Source of the DNA: Candidatus Sulfotelmatobacter sp.
GTDB lineage: Bacteria; Eisenbacteria; RBG-16-71-46
DNA length: 64,000 bases
Direction of reading: 5' to 3'
Assembly (NCBI GenBank): GCA_035498555.1
Contig: DATKAB010000081.1
Coordinates: 28,239 to 92,238, forward strand
Part shown: in pieces, positions 42,128 to 51,806 of the stretch
Layout of the letters: every line of letters starts with the position of its first letter
How positions within the stretch are numbered: the first letter of the stretch is position 1
Notes under the pieces: model-generated
Seen by the model: the letters and a program-made list of their open reading frames with translations, nothing else
The model's database searches: none
Told to the model about the DNA's origin: nothing
Program-made: the position numbers and the translations under genes

Positions 42128-43656
42128 GTCTCCAGCACCTCCTCGGCCAGCCGGCCCGGCGCCGGCGACAGCACCCAGCGCGCCACGGCCTCGCACGATT
42201 CACTCAGCGGCCGGTCGCCCTCGGGCGCAGGCACGATCCGCCGAATCGCCCCGTAGAGTCGCTCCGATCCCGAGCCGGCCAGCAGCGGGCGCCGGAATTC
42301 CAGCGCGCGACAGGCGCACAGCAGCTCGAGCGCCACCACGCGCGCGGCATTCTCCACCACCGCGCGCGCGTGCCGGCCGGCGATCGGCGCCATGCTGACG
42401 TGATCTTCCCAGCCGTCGCCGGTGGGAATCGAGTCGACGCTCGCCGGGTGCGCCAGCACCTTATTCTCGGACACCAGAGAGGCCGCGGTGTACTGCGCCA
42501 GCATGAAGCCCGACTCGAGTCCCGGCCGCTTCGCCAGCGACGCCGGCAGGCCCTCGGAGGCGTGCGAGGACAGCAGCCGGTCGATGCGCCGCTCGCTCAG
42601 CGAGGCGATCTCGGCGACCGCGATCTTCAGGTAGTCGGCGACCAGCGCCACCGGCTGGGCGTGGAAATGGCCGGCTGAAACCACTTCGCCGGCACTGGCG
42701 AACACCAGGGGATTGTCGTTGGTGGCGTTGATCTCGATCGAGAGCTGCTTGCCGACGTGCTCGATCGCGTCCCAGGACGCCCCCAGCACCTGCGGCACGC
42801 ACCGCAGGCTGTAGGCGTCCTGCACCCGGCCGCAATCGGCATGCGAGGCGACCAGCCCGCTTTCGTCCGAGTAGGCGCGCAGCCGCCGCGCCGCTTCGAG
42901 CGCGCCAGGGTAGGGCCGGAGCGCCTGGACGTCCTCGCGCGCCGGCTTGAACGAGCCGAGCAGCACCTCGATCGACAATGCCGCGGCTCCGACCGCGGCC
43001 TCCCACAGCTCGATCGCGTCGCACCACGCCAGCAGCGCCAGCGCGGTCGAGAGCTGGGTGCCGTTGATCAGCGCCAGTCCCTCCTTGGCCTCGAGCGTGA
43101 GGGGCTGGAGTCCGGCGCCTCGCAGCGCCAGCGCCGCCGGCATGCGCCGGTCCCCGAGCCATGCCTCGCCCTCGCCGATCAGGACCTGCCCGAGATGAGC
43201 GAGCGGGGCGAGATCGCCCGACGCCCCGACCGATCCCTGCAGCGGGACGTGCGGCGTGACGTCGGACGCGAGCAGCGCGAGCAGCGCCTCGATGACCGCC
43301 GGGCGCACCCCGGAGTGCCCGTTGGCGAGCGAGGCGGCGCGCAGCAGGAGCATCGCGCGCACCACGTCGCGCGGCGCCGCCGGACCCACCCCGGCGGCGT
43401 GCGAGCGAATCAGGTTGACTTGCAGCTGGCGCACGTCGTCGGGCGAAATCGACTGGTCCTTGAGCGGCCCGAAGCCGGTGGTGACGCCGTAGACGGTGCG
43501 GTTCTCGGCCACCGCCCGTTCCACCACCGCGCGGCTGGCCGCGATGCGTGCCGCCGCGGCGCCCGAGATCCGGATCGGCGGGCTCGCTCCGAGCGGGGCA
43601 CGCGCCACGTCGATCACGTCTTCCAATTCGAGCGGGCGACCGCCCAGTTCGATCAC
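42124..43656 (-). CDS. hutH: histidine ammonia-lyase
   Basis: 510 aa, GTG start. YGVTTGFG...IRSHA.G.G, and the MIO-forming [14 protein letters not shown]. Confidence 0.92.
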   Translation of the reverse strand: MIELGGRPLELEDVIDVARAPLGASPPIRISGAAAARIAASRAVVERAVAENRTVYGVTTGFGPLKDQSISPDDVRQLQVNLIRSHAAGVGPAAPRDVVRAMLLLRAASLANGHSGVRPAVIEALLALLASDVTPHVPLQGSVGASGDLAPLAHLGQVLIGEGEAWLGDRRMPAALALRGAGLQPLTLEAKEGLALINGTQLSTALALLAWCDAIELWEAAVGAAALSIEVLLGSFKPAREDVQALRPYPGALEAARRLRAYSDESGLVASHADCGRVQDAYSLRCVPQVLGASWDAIEHVGKQLSIEINATNDNPLVFASAGEVVSAGHFHAQPVALVADYLKIAVAEIASLSERRIDRLLSSHASEGLPASLAKRPGLESGFMLAQYTAASLVSENKVLAHPASVDSIPTGDGWEDHVSMAPIAGRHARAVVENAARVVALELLCACRALEFRRPLLAGSGSERLYGAIRRIVPAPEGDRPLSESCEAVARWVLSPAPGRLAEEVLET

Positions 43657-45707
43657 GTCCCGTCCTCCACCACCTGTGCGGCGAGGAAACGCGCGGCCTC
43701 GCGAGCGACCGCTTCCGGGTCGCGGAGGCGCTGCGGCTCCACCGGCAGCGCGGCCAGGAACGCCTTCCGATACGAAGCCGTCGCCAGCCGCGGATCACAG
43801 ACCACCAGCACGCCCCGGTCGTCCGAGCGCCGGATCAGTCGGCCCACCCCCTGTCGGAACCTCAACACGGCTTCGGGCAGGGCATCGTCGCGAAACGGAT
43901 CGAGCCCGCGCTCCGCCAGCCGCTCGCCACGGGCCTCGACCAGGGGATCGTCGGGCACCGCGAACGGCAGCCGCGCCACGACCACGATCTCCAGGCTCGG
44001 CCCAGGGAAGTCGACACCTTCCCACAGGCTCTGCACGCCGAGCAAGATCGCGCCGCGCGCGCTACGGAATCGCTCGGACAGCACGCTCACCGGACCGTCC
44101 CACTCCTGCGCCAGCAGCAGCGCCGCGTCGGGCAGCCGTTCGCGCAGGTGCTCGCGGACGCGCCGCAACCGCTCGTGGGCGGTGAGCAGCACCAGCTGAT
44201 TCCGGTGCGCGGCGTGATGGAGCGCGGCCACCACCTCGGCAAGCGAGCGCTCCTCGTCGCGCGAGGGCTCCGCGATCAGCACTCGCATCTGCTCGGCGAG
44301 CGGAAAGGGCGACGGCACGCTCAGCGCCTCGTAGGGCGCGGCCCGCTCCGCGCCGAGACCCAGCCGCTCGGCGAGAAAACCGAATTCCCCGGCCGCCGAC
44401 AGGGTGGCCGAGGTCAGGATCGCGGCGCGCGCGCGCCCCAGCACGCGCTCGCGCGCGTGCTCGCCGACGCTGATCGGCGAGCCGCGCAGCTCCACGGCGC
44501 GAGTGCCGGCGCTCCGCCAGTAGACCCAGCCGGGATCGCGCGCCTCGGTGAGCCGGTCGAGATCGAGGATCAGGGAAGTGAGCCGGCCGGCGAGCTGATC
44601 GCATTCCGCGGCCAGCTCGACCGCAGCGCCTCCCTCGGCGGAGAGCTTCGCGGCGGCCTGCGCCAGGGCGCGCGACAGGCCGGCGCCGCCCGCCAGCACC
44701 GCCTCCAGCCGGTCGTAGCCGTCGCCGAGCAGCTCGCCGCCCCGGCGATAGCGCTGCCGGAAGCCGTAGACGGCGTGCCGCTCGCCGCCGGGGTCAAGCT
44801 GCTCGAAGAGCCTCTCGACGTCGCGGCGCAGCGACTCGACCCCCTCTCCCAGCCGCTCGAGCCCATCGAGTGCGCCGCTGGCGTCGAACGCGCCCGCGCG
44901 CCAGCCCTTGACGCGCCCGAGCAAACCGCCGCCGCGACCGCCGCGGCGCGCGCCGGTGCCGATCAGCCGGAGCGTCTCCTCGAAGCGCCCGCGCGAGACC
45001 GCGCATTCGAGCTGGCCGAGCAGCACGCTCTCCAGCCGATGGGCTTCGTCCACGATCAGCACGTCGCAGGGCGGAAGCAGGCCCTCGATCTCGCCGGCCA
45101 GCGCGAGCAGCGCGTGGTTGACGATCAGCAGGCCGGCCTCACCGGCCTCACGGCGCGCACGCATCCAGAAGCACTCGCGTCCGCGGCGGCAAATCGCCGG
45201 CAAGCAGCCGGCCGCGTCGGTGGCGATGCGTGGCCGAACGCGCCGGAACGCCTCGGCATCCTCGGCAGGAAAGCGGTCGAGATCGCCGTCCGAGCCCGCC
45301 GACCAGCGGCGCAGCGATTCCAGGATCTCGGTCTCCTCCGGACCGCGGCCCTCGGCCACGTCGAGCGCGCGCGGACAGAGGTAGTTCTGCTTGCCCTTGA
45401 GCCGCGCGGCGGGCAGCGCCAGTCCGAGTGCCGCGCGCAGCATCGGCAGGTCGCGCTCGAAGAGCTGGTCCTGGAGCGAGCGCGTCGCCGTCGCCACCAT
45501 CACGCGCTGGCCGCTCCGGGCGATCAGCGCCGCCGGCAGCAGATAGGCGAGCGACTTGCCGACGCCGGTCGGCGCTTCGGCGAGCAGGATGCCGCCAGCT
45601 TCCATCACCCGCGCGATGGCGACCGCCAGCTCGCGCTGCCCGGCGCGCGCTTCGAAACGCGGCCAGCGACGCGCGAGGGCGCCGCCCTCGTCCAGCAGGT
45701 CGCGCAC
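43653..45707 (-). CDS. dinG: ATP-dependent DNA helicase, DinG/XPD family
   Basis: 684 aa. Walker A AEAPTGVGKSLAYLLPA, Fe-S-type Cys run (CPRA..C...C..GREC), DEAH box LIVDEAHRLE, C-terminal ...GVQSLWEGVDFPG... and GRLIRR..D.GV.V. GTGA overlap with hutH. Confidence 0.8.
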   Translation of the reverse strand: MRDLLDEGGALARRWPRFEARAGQRELAVAIARVMEAGGILLAEAPTGVGKSLAYLLPAALIARSGQRVMVATATRSLQDQLFERDLPMLRAALGLALPAARLKGKQNYLCPRALDVAEGRGPEETEILESLRRWSAGSDGDLDRFPAEDAEAFRRVRPRIATDAAGCLPAICRRGRECFWMRARREAGEAGLLIVNHALLALAGEIEGLLPPCDVLIVDEAHRLESVLLGQLECAVSRGRFEETLRLIGTGARRGGRGGGLLGRVKGWRAGAFDASGALDGLERLGEGVESLRRDVERLFEQLDPGGERHAVYGFRQRYRRGGELLGDGYDRLEAVLAGGAGLSRALAQAAAKLSAEGGAAVELAAECDQLAGRLTSLILDLDRLTEARDPGWVYWRSAGTRAVELRGSPISVGEHARERVLGRARAAILTSATLSAAGEFGFLAERLGLGAERAAPYEALSVPSPFPLAEQMRVLIAEPSRDEERSLAEVVAALHHAAHRNQLVLLTAHERLRRVREHLRERLPDAALLLAQEWDGPVSVLSERFRSARGAILLGVQSLWEGVDFPGPSLEIVVVARLPFAVPDDPLVEARGERLAERGLDPFRDDALPEAVLRFRQGVGRLIRRSDDRGVLVVCDPRLATASYRKAFLAALPVEPQRLRDPEAVAREAARFLAAQVVEDGT

Positions 45708-45743
45708 CTGCCCGGCGAGCGATGCGTCCAGAAGGAACTCCCG

Positions 45744-47450
45744 TCAGAAAGTGGTGACGAGCTGCAGGTGGATCTTGCCTTCGAGGGCCGGCCGTCCCGG
45801 CTCGAGGCCGTAGTCTACGCCGACCAGCCCTCCGGCCGCTTCGAGCCGCAGGCCGAAGCCGACGCCGTCTCGCTGCGCCGACTGCAGGTGCGCAACGCCC
45901 AGCGGATCGAGCGCGCTGGTCTGCATGAAGGCGTGGTCCCAGAACAACGCCAGGCGCTGCCCGCGTCCGCCGAGGAACCAGCGCCATTCGGCGCGCGACA
46001 GCGCGTAACGATCCACCATGAACTGCTGCTCGTCGTAGCCGCGCAGGCTGGCGGCGCCGCCCAGCGGATACTTCTCGTAGATCGGGATCACCGACTCCGA
46101 GCTGAACCGCCCCGCCAGCGATAGCTCGAGGGACAATCCCGTCGCGCCGCGCAACGGATGATTGAGGCCCAGTCGCCCCTCGACCGCGCTCTCGTGCGCG
46201 GTGCCGGTGCCGCTCGGTCTCAGCGTCTCGCGCTTGAAGATCTGGGCCGCCGAGATGCGCGTGAAGGTGCCGCGGCGCGGCGAGAGCGGGTCGTTGAGCG
46301 TCGAGCGCTGCAGGCTGAAGGTCGTGTTCTGGATCCATGCCGACTGGACGTCGCCCGCGGGCTGAACCACCTGTTCGGCGTCGTAGGCCAGCTCGATCCG
46401 CTCCTGGGCCGAGAGCATGTATCCGGCGCGAGCTCCCCAGCGCGTGCGCGTGTACAGGGTGTCCTGCAGCTGCTGGCTGACGGCGCCCTCGAGCTGGAGC
46501 GGCCAGCCGAGGAGCAGCGGCTCGAGATAGCGCGCGTCGAACTGCGCGAGCCCGCGCCCGCGCGACTCCCAGTGGAGTCCCAGCTCGCGACCGGTGCCGA
46601 GCAGGTTGCCGAGGTCGAGCCGGGCGAGGCCGGCGGTGCCGGCCGCGCCTTGCACTCCGACCGCGCCTTCGAACTGATTGTAGTGCGGCTCCTCGACGCG
46701 GTAGACCAGCCGGCCGTATCGCCAGTCGCCGTCGCCCTGGAGTCCGAGGTATTCCACCTGGCGGAACAATCCGAGCTGCTGGAGCCGGTCGCGCGCCGCT
46801 TCGGCGGTGGACCGCTGGTACGGGAGTCCCACCAGCCGCCCCATCGCGCGCCGCGCGAAATCCGGGCGCGTCACCTGAAGCCCGTCGATCTGCACGTGCG
46901 CGATCGAGACCTGCGGCCCCCGCACCGCCTCGAGCGAGAGACGAACTCCGGTCGAATCGGCGTCCCAGCCGCTCACCGACAGCTCGGCGTAGGGATAGCC
47001 GTGATCCGCGATCTCGCGCAGCGCCGCGGCGATCGCGTCGTCCACCGCGCGCGGCGAAGCCCACCCGCCGGGCTCGAGATCGAGCGCCGAGCGCAGCGAC
47101 GCCGAGTCCTCCGACGACGCGCCGTGGACCGTGACTTCGCGCAGCCGGAAGCGCGCGCCCTCGCGCACGTCGAGGATCAGCCGATCGCCCGACAGCGAAT
47201 CGCGCCAGCCACGCGCGCGGGCCTGCAGGTAGCCGAGATCCTCGAGCCGCGCCACGATCGCGCCCAGGGTCTGCGCGGCGGCGGCGCTGTCGCGCGGTGA
47301 ACGCAGCCAGGGCGCCGCCAGCGCCTGGACCTGGCCGGCGGGCAGCACCCGCCCGCGGTAGTCGAGACGAGTTGCGGCGGTCGCGTGGGGGGCGAGCGCC
47401 GAACCGGCGAGCAGCGCCAACAGGGCGAAGGTTCCAACCGGCCGCCTCAT
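45744..47450 (-). CDS. Omp85-family outer-membrane protein (POTRA + bacterial surface antigen barrel), TamA/TpsB-sized
   Basis: I start at ATG 47450 (MRRPVGTFALLALLAGSALAPHATA). 568 aa. POTRA-like repeats, L6-type LGGAASLRGYDEQQF, C-terminal beta-signal ...GKIHLQLVTTF. The stop of the upstream gene overlaps the ATG by 1 nt. Confidence 0.7.
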   Translation of the reverse strand: MRRPVGTFALLALLAGSALAPHATAATRLDYRGRVLPAGQVQALAAPWLRSPRDSAAAAQTLGAIVARLEDLGYLQARARGWRDSLSGDRLILDVREGARFRLREVTVHGASSEDSASLRSALDLEPGGWASPRAVDDAIAAALREIADHGYPYAELSVSGWDADSTGVRLSLEAVRGPQVSIAHVQIDGLQVTRPDFARRAMGRLVGLPYQRSTAEAARDRLQQLGLFRQVEYLGLQGDGDWRYGRLVYRVEEPHYNQFEGAVGVQGAAGTAGLARLDLGNLLGTGRELGLHWESRGRGLAQFDARYLEPLLLGWPLQLEGAVSQQLQDTLYTRTRWGARAGYMLSAQERIELAYDAEQVVQPAGDVQSAWIQNTTFSLQRSTLNDPLSPRRGTFTRISAAQIFKRETLRPSGTGTAHESAVEGRLGLNHPLRGATGLSLELSLAGRFSSESVIPIYEKYPLGGAASLRGYDEQQFMVDRYALSRAEWRWFLGGRGQRLALFWDHAFMQTSALDPLGVAHLQSAQRDGVGFGLRLEAAGGLVGVDYGLEPGRPALEGKIHLQLVTTF

Positions 47451-50400
47451 CAGAAGAACGCCCTCAGCTCGACGCGCCCCTGGGCGCGGGTGGGAATGCC
47501 GGGCCACTGGTTGACCACGTAGGAGCCACCCATGGTGGTGCTGTCGTGGACGCGCACGTCGAGGTGCGCGGTCGCGTTCCAGGCCGGCGCCCCGGCCGGA
47601 TCCGCGCTCGGCAGCAGCCCGACCGCCGGCGGTCCGCTCACGAATCCGCGCCGCACCGAGACATCGGCGCGGCCGCGCGAGCCGACCGCGAACGAGGCGT
47701 CCGGGCCGATCTGCAGCGCGCGCGTGAACAGCGGCTGGCCCTCGGGCCGGCTCCATGACGCGTCCACCACCGCGGCGGCGCGCAGACGGGAGCCCGGCTG
47801 ATAGATCCACTGCCCGCTTCCTCCCTGCTCGACCAGGTTCCGGCTGTACTGCGCTCCTTCGAAAAGCTGCTGCGCGGCTTCGCGGCGGCGCACGCGCGAC
47901 TCGATCTCGGCGCTCCACTGCGACCCGACTCGGGCTCGCCAGCGCAGCTGCGCGGTGCGCTCGTCCTGCGCCTGACTGAAGTTCTGATACGAGCGATCGG
48001 CGCTCACCCGCCGCTCGAACAGCACGTGCATGTTGCTCACCCGCGCGCCGGGAGCGAGGTCGCTCTCCACCCGCTGCACCACGCTGGCTCGCACCAGGTC
48101 GGGATCGCCCAGGGCCGCCCCCGGACTGATCACGAGGTCGCTGCCCTTGAGCTCGCCGAGCCGGCGGGCGTCGCTCTCGAAGGTCACCTCGATGCGCGAC
48201 CCATGCCAGATTTCGGACTGGCCGAAGCTCCAGGTGGCATGAGCGCTCATCGCCGCACGCGCGATGTGCTGCAGTCCGGGCAGGAGGGTGATGCCCAGCG
48301 TGTAGTCCCCGCGCCCGACGAAATTGCCGAGCGCGTCGTAGGCCCCGAGACCGGGGCCGGCGTAGACCAGAGAGCGCGACTGCTGAGTCTGGCCCTCGGT
48401 GGTCACCTCGAGATTGTCGCTGCCGGACAGCCCTCGCTTCGGATCTTCGAGCGCGAGGCGCAGGCTGGCCAGGTCGCTGCGCTGGTCGGGCCCCGAGATC
48501 AGTGGATGGAGGTCGCGGCGCTGCCAGGTGCCACCCACACCCAGCATTCGCGCCGCCGGACTGTCGAGCTGGAGCCTCACCGTGCGCGCCTCGGTCTGAT
48601 CGGCCAGCGAGTCGAGCGTGCCGCTGGCGTCGCGCCGCAGGGTGAAGCCCGCCGCCGCGCGCAGCGGCAGGCGGGTCCCGCTCTGCAGGTCCACCCCGGC
48701 CTCGCGCGCGCGTGTCACGATCTGCGCCGAGTCGCTCGGCGTCCGCTGCCGATCGAGGAGCGCGCGCACGCCGGGAATCACCCAACCGGTGCGGAGGCGC
48801 AGCTCGCCCTGGGCGCGCTCCCGCCCTCCGGCCGAGAAGCGCAGCCCCTGCTGCTCGCCGTCCGAGCGCTCGTAGGAGGCGCGCGTCATCAGCCGGCCGT
48901 CGCTGCTCCAGTCGGCGGTGCGGCGCAGGCCCGAGAAACGATCGGGGGTGCGCAGCGCCGCCACCATCCAGCGGAGCTGTCCGCCGGGCGCGGGGCGCAG
49001 GAACCCGTTGGCCTCGACGCGGCGCTGGTGTTCCAGATCGCCGCCCAGGGGCAGTCCCCAGTCCTCGTTCGAGAACGGCTGCTCGAGACGACCGAAGGAG
49101 GCGAAGCGCGGATCGACGTCGCGCGCGAGCAACGTCATGCCGGCACGTCCCAGGCCGGCGGGTGCCGCGCCCTCGAGCGACATCGCCAGCTTGCCGGCGA
49201 CGCCGTTGTTGTTCTGATCGTCGAACGGCGAATCGGTGTTGAGATCGTGCTTGGAGACCGCGCCTTCGCTCTCGATCGTGAGCGGGCCGCCCTGCCAGCG
49301 ACCGCCGAGCGTCCAGAGCTGATGGCTCTCGGGCATGGGCAGCGCGTGACCGATCTGCCAGTCGCCCTGGCCCTGGCCGACGTAGCGATACGCGAGGTGT
49401 CCGGCCACGCCCGCCGAATCCACGTAGTCGCCGTGCCCCGCCCCCACCTGAACGAAGCGCACCGCGAAGTGCCCGGAATCCGGGCCCGCGAACGCATAGA
49501 AGAACCGGCCCGCGACCCGGACCGAGTCGTAGTCACCCACTCCCACGGTGACGCCCGGCCCGATCGCGCGATCGAGCGAGTCTCCGGCCATCGCCAGCGC
49601 CAGCCGATCGCTGGGATCGAGCGGGGCATCCAGGGGACGGCCGGCGTCGTCGTTCTCGGACAGCACCTCGGTGTAGAGCTTGAGCGGGCCGCGGTCCCAC
49701 TGGCCGCCGGCCGCCGCGAAATTCCGGCGGTAGCGATTGAGGGTGTACTGGTAGTCCACCGTGATGCGCGAAGCCGAGGTGATCGGCCGCCGATTCGAGA
49801 AGGTGATCTGGGCGCGGTCGTACTCGATCGAGTAGTCGGCCGCCTCGCCGCGCGTCATGCGCACCCCGTCCACCGTGACGATCTCGCTGCCGGCGACGAT
49901 GGTGATGCCGGTGCCGCCGTCGCGATCGGTGAGCTGGTAGGGGCCCTGCTGTCCGTCGACACCGTAGAGCTGGAGCCGATTGAACTCGCCCTGCGCGCTG
50001 GCCGCGGCCACCGTGCCGCTGAAGCCGCGTGCGTTCCAGTCGGCGCGCATGCCCTGCAGCCGCCGCTCGACCTGTCCGAACTCGCCCTGACGCACGTCGA
50101 GCGCGACGTCGCCGAACGCGGCGCCGCCGGCCGGCGCCTTGAGCTCGAGCAGCACCTGATCGAGCGACTGGAGATCCTGCGTGCTGCCGGCGGCGGTCAG
50201 CGGCGTACTTCGGTCCGAGAGCACGCCGGTCAGCTGCACTCCGGGGGCGAGGCTTCCGCTCACCGAGAGATCGAGCGACTGGCGGAGGAACGCATCCTGC
50301 GAGGTGCCGAAGTCCACTGCGATGGTCTTGTTGCCGTTGACGGTGAGCGAGGCACCGCTTGGCGCGGTGCTGGGATCGCGGGCCGTCACCGGTCGCGTCG

Positions 50401-50836
50401 CGGCCGGCGCGGTCGCCACCACCGCCGAATCGGCGGCGGCGCGACGCGCCGGCACGTAGCTCTGGCGCTGGTAGTCGAGCGAGGGCGGCGCGATCAGCCA
50501 GCAGGCCTCCACCCACAGGGTCTCGCCCGGAACCGGCGCGCGCAGCAGGCGCAACTCGCCGCGCAGGCGATCCACCACGTAGTCGTGCGGCGAGTGGAGC
50601 GTCCCGCTTCGGGCCAGGGCCGAATCGGAAACCGAGGTGAGAAAGGTTCGCGGCAGTCGGTAGACCACGGTCCCGTCGGTCTCGACCACCGCGAGCCTCC
50701 CGCAGCCCGGGTCGCTGCTGACCGTCGCCGGGCCTCCGTGCGGCGTCGGCTCCGCGGCCCGCGCCGGCGCCACCAGCCCACCCATGAGCAGGACGGCCGC
50801 GACGCGAGCCGTGAGGATTCGAGCGCGAACCCCCAC
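47450..50836 (-). CDS. 1128-aa secreted protein, predicted large outer-membrane beta-barrel; no family recognised
   Basis: Signal/anchor MGVRARILTARVAAVLLMGGLVAPARA. The C-terminal ~700 aa consist of short alternating hydrophobic/polar stretches rich in G, R, D, S and aromatics. It ends ...GRVELRAFF, an OMP-type terminal aromatic signal. Confidence 0.5.
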   Translation of the reverse strand: MGVRARILTARVAAVLLMGGLVAPARAAEPTPHGGPATVSSDPGCGRLAVVETDGTVVYRLPRTFLTSVSDSALARSGTLHSPHDYVVDRLRGELRLLRAPVPGETLWVEACWLIAPPSLDYQRQSYVPARRAAADSAVVATAPAATRPVTARDPSTAPSGASLTVNGNKTIAVDFGTSQDAFLRQSLDLSVSGSLAPGVQLTGVLSDRSTPLTAAGSTQDLQSLDQVLLELKAPAGGAAFGDVALDVRQGEFGQVERRLQGMRADWNARGFSGTVAAASAQGEFNRLQLYGVDGQQGPYQLTDRDGGTGITIVAGSEIVTVDGVRMTRGEAADYSIEYDRAQITFSNRRPITSASRITVDYQYTLNRYRRNFAAAGGQWDRGPLKLYTEVLSENDDAGRPLDAPLDPSDRLALAMAGDSLDRAIGPGVTVGVGDYDSVRVAGRFFYAFAGPDSGHFAVRFVQVGAGHGDYVDSAGVAGHLAYRYVGQGQGDWQIGHALPMPESHQLWTLGGRWQGGPLTIESEGAVSKHDLNTDSPFDDQNNNGVAGKLAMSLEGAAPAGLGRAGMTLLARDVDPRFASFGRLEQPFSNEDWGLPLGGDLEHQRRVEANGFLRPAPGGQLRWMVAALRTPDRFSGLRRTADWSSDGRLMTRASYERSDGEQQGLRFSAGGRERAQGELRLRTGWVIPGVRALLDRQRTPSDSAQIVTRAREAGVDLQSGTRLPLRAAAGFTLRRDASGTLDSLADQTEARTVRLQLDSPAARMLGVGGTWQRRDLHPLISGPDQRSDLASLRLALEDPKRGLSGSDNLEVTTEGQTQQSRSLVYAGPGLGAYDALGNFVGRGDYTLGITLLPGLQHIARAAMSAHATWSFGQSEIWHGSRIEVTFESDARRLGELKGSDLVISPGAALGDPDLVRASVVQRVESDLAPGARVSNMHVLFERRVSADRSYQNFSQAQDERTAQLRWRARVGSQWSAEIESRVRRREAAQQLFEGAQYSRNLVEQGGSGQWIYQPGSRLRAAAVVDASWSRPEGQPLFTRALQIGPDASFAVGSRGRADVSVRRGFVSGPPAVGLLPSADPAGAPAWNATAHLDVRVHDSTTMGGSYVVNQWPGIPTRAQGRVELRAFF

Positions 50837-50839
50837 TCC

Positions 50840-51781
50840 CTACTCTCCCGCCGCGGTCGTCGAATCCGTTCGAGCCGCCAGCATCAGGCGCCGCACGCGA
50901 CCGCCGGACGCCTCCGCCACCCACAGCGCGCCGTCGGGAGCGAACGCCAGCGCCCGAGGTCCGGCCAGGTCGCGGCGCAGCGCTCGCACGCGGCCGCCGC
51001 GATCGAACACCCAGAGCGTTCCGCTCAGCTCGTCGGCGACCGCGACGCGCGACGAATCATCGACCGCCACCGGGACGAGCCCGCGCCCCGGCCGCAACGG
51101 GAGCTCCCAGGCGGTCACTACCCGTCCGCCGGCATCGAGGGCCTGGAAGCGAGCCCCTCCGCGCTCGGTCACCAGCAGCTGACCGCGCGGCGCGGTGCTG
51201 AGGCCGGCGATGCCGCGGAACGAGCCGGGCTTGCTTCCGTATCCGCCGAGCGCGCGCAGGTAGCGCCCCGAGAAATCGAACACCAGGATGCGATCGCGAC
51301 CGGCCTCGGCCACGTACAGGGCCCCGCCTCGGTCCGAGGCGATCGAGATCGCGTCGATGCGCCCGCCGACCTGATCCTCGAGCGCCGGCGCCGACAGGTC
51401 CACCAGCGTCGAATTCAATCGACCGAACAGGTCGTAGACCACGATGCGCCGGTTCTCGCCGTCCAGTACCGCGGTTCCCTGGGTGCCGAGGGTCGCGGCC
51501 GAAGACGGGCGCCGCAGCTCGCCGAGATCGCTGCCGAGCGCGCCGGTCTCGTCGAGCCACGCGCCGTCGGCCGAATAGCGGGAGATGCGTGGCGCGCCCG
51601 CATCCACCACCGTGAGCCGGCCGAAGGCGTCGACCGCGAGACCGCTCGGCTCGATCAGCTGCGGTCCCACTCCGGCGGCCAGGCCGCGCCGCTCGAGGAG
51701 CGTGTCGGGCGGAGGCCGGGTCGCGAGCGAGTCGGGCGCACCGGCTCGAGCCACGCCCGCCAGCAGCATGGCCGCGACCAT
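50840..51781 (-). CDS. NHL-repeat beta-propeller protein (secreted)
   Basis: I prefer ATG 51781 (MVAAMLLAGVARAGA signal); the track start 51856 overlaps the upstream gene. Repeated units: ..PSGLAVDAFGRLTVVDAG..RISRY.., ..GGALYVAEAGRDRILVFD.SGRYL.., ..PRGQLLVTERGG.RFQALD.., ..PRALAFAPDGALWVAEASGGRVRR. Confidence 0.6.
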   Translation of the reverse strand: MVAAMLLAGVARAGAPDSLATRPPPDTLLERRGLAAGVGPQLIEPSGLAVDAFGRLTVVDAGAPRISRYSADGAWLDETGALGSDLGELRRPSSAATLGTQGTAVLDGENRRIVVYDLFGRLNSTLVDLSAPALEDQVGGRIDAISIASDRGGALYVAEAGRDRILVFDFSGRYLRALGGYGSKPGSFRGIAGLSTAPRGQLLVTERGGARFQALDAGGRVVTAWELPLRPGRGLVPVAVDDSSRVAVADELSGTLWVFDRGGRVRALRRDLAGPRALAFAPDGALWVAEASGGRVRRLMLAARTDSTTAAGE

Positions 51782-51806
51782 CAGGAAGCCCGCGGGGAAT
51801 CCCCGC

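Noticed and set aside
45744-48785. 1013-aa - strand ORF taken as one gene.
   Set aside because: The N-terminal ~445 codons overlap the 3' end of the 1128-aa gene in another frame and are Arg/Gly/Pro-rich. The Omp85 protein starts with a proper signal peptide at ATG 47450.
47450-50836. The 1128-aa protein as TamB (partner of a TamA-like Omp85) or as a TpsA exoprotein.
   Set aside because: I see no DUF490-like C-terminal region. Instead it has a barrel-type ...RAFF terminus. It has no N-terminal TPS-domain NPNL/NPNGI-type motif and no long beta-helix repeat pattern. I left it as an orphan barrel candidate.
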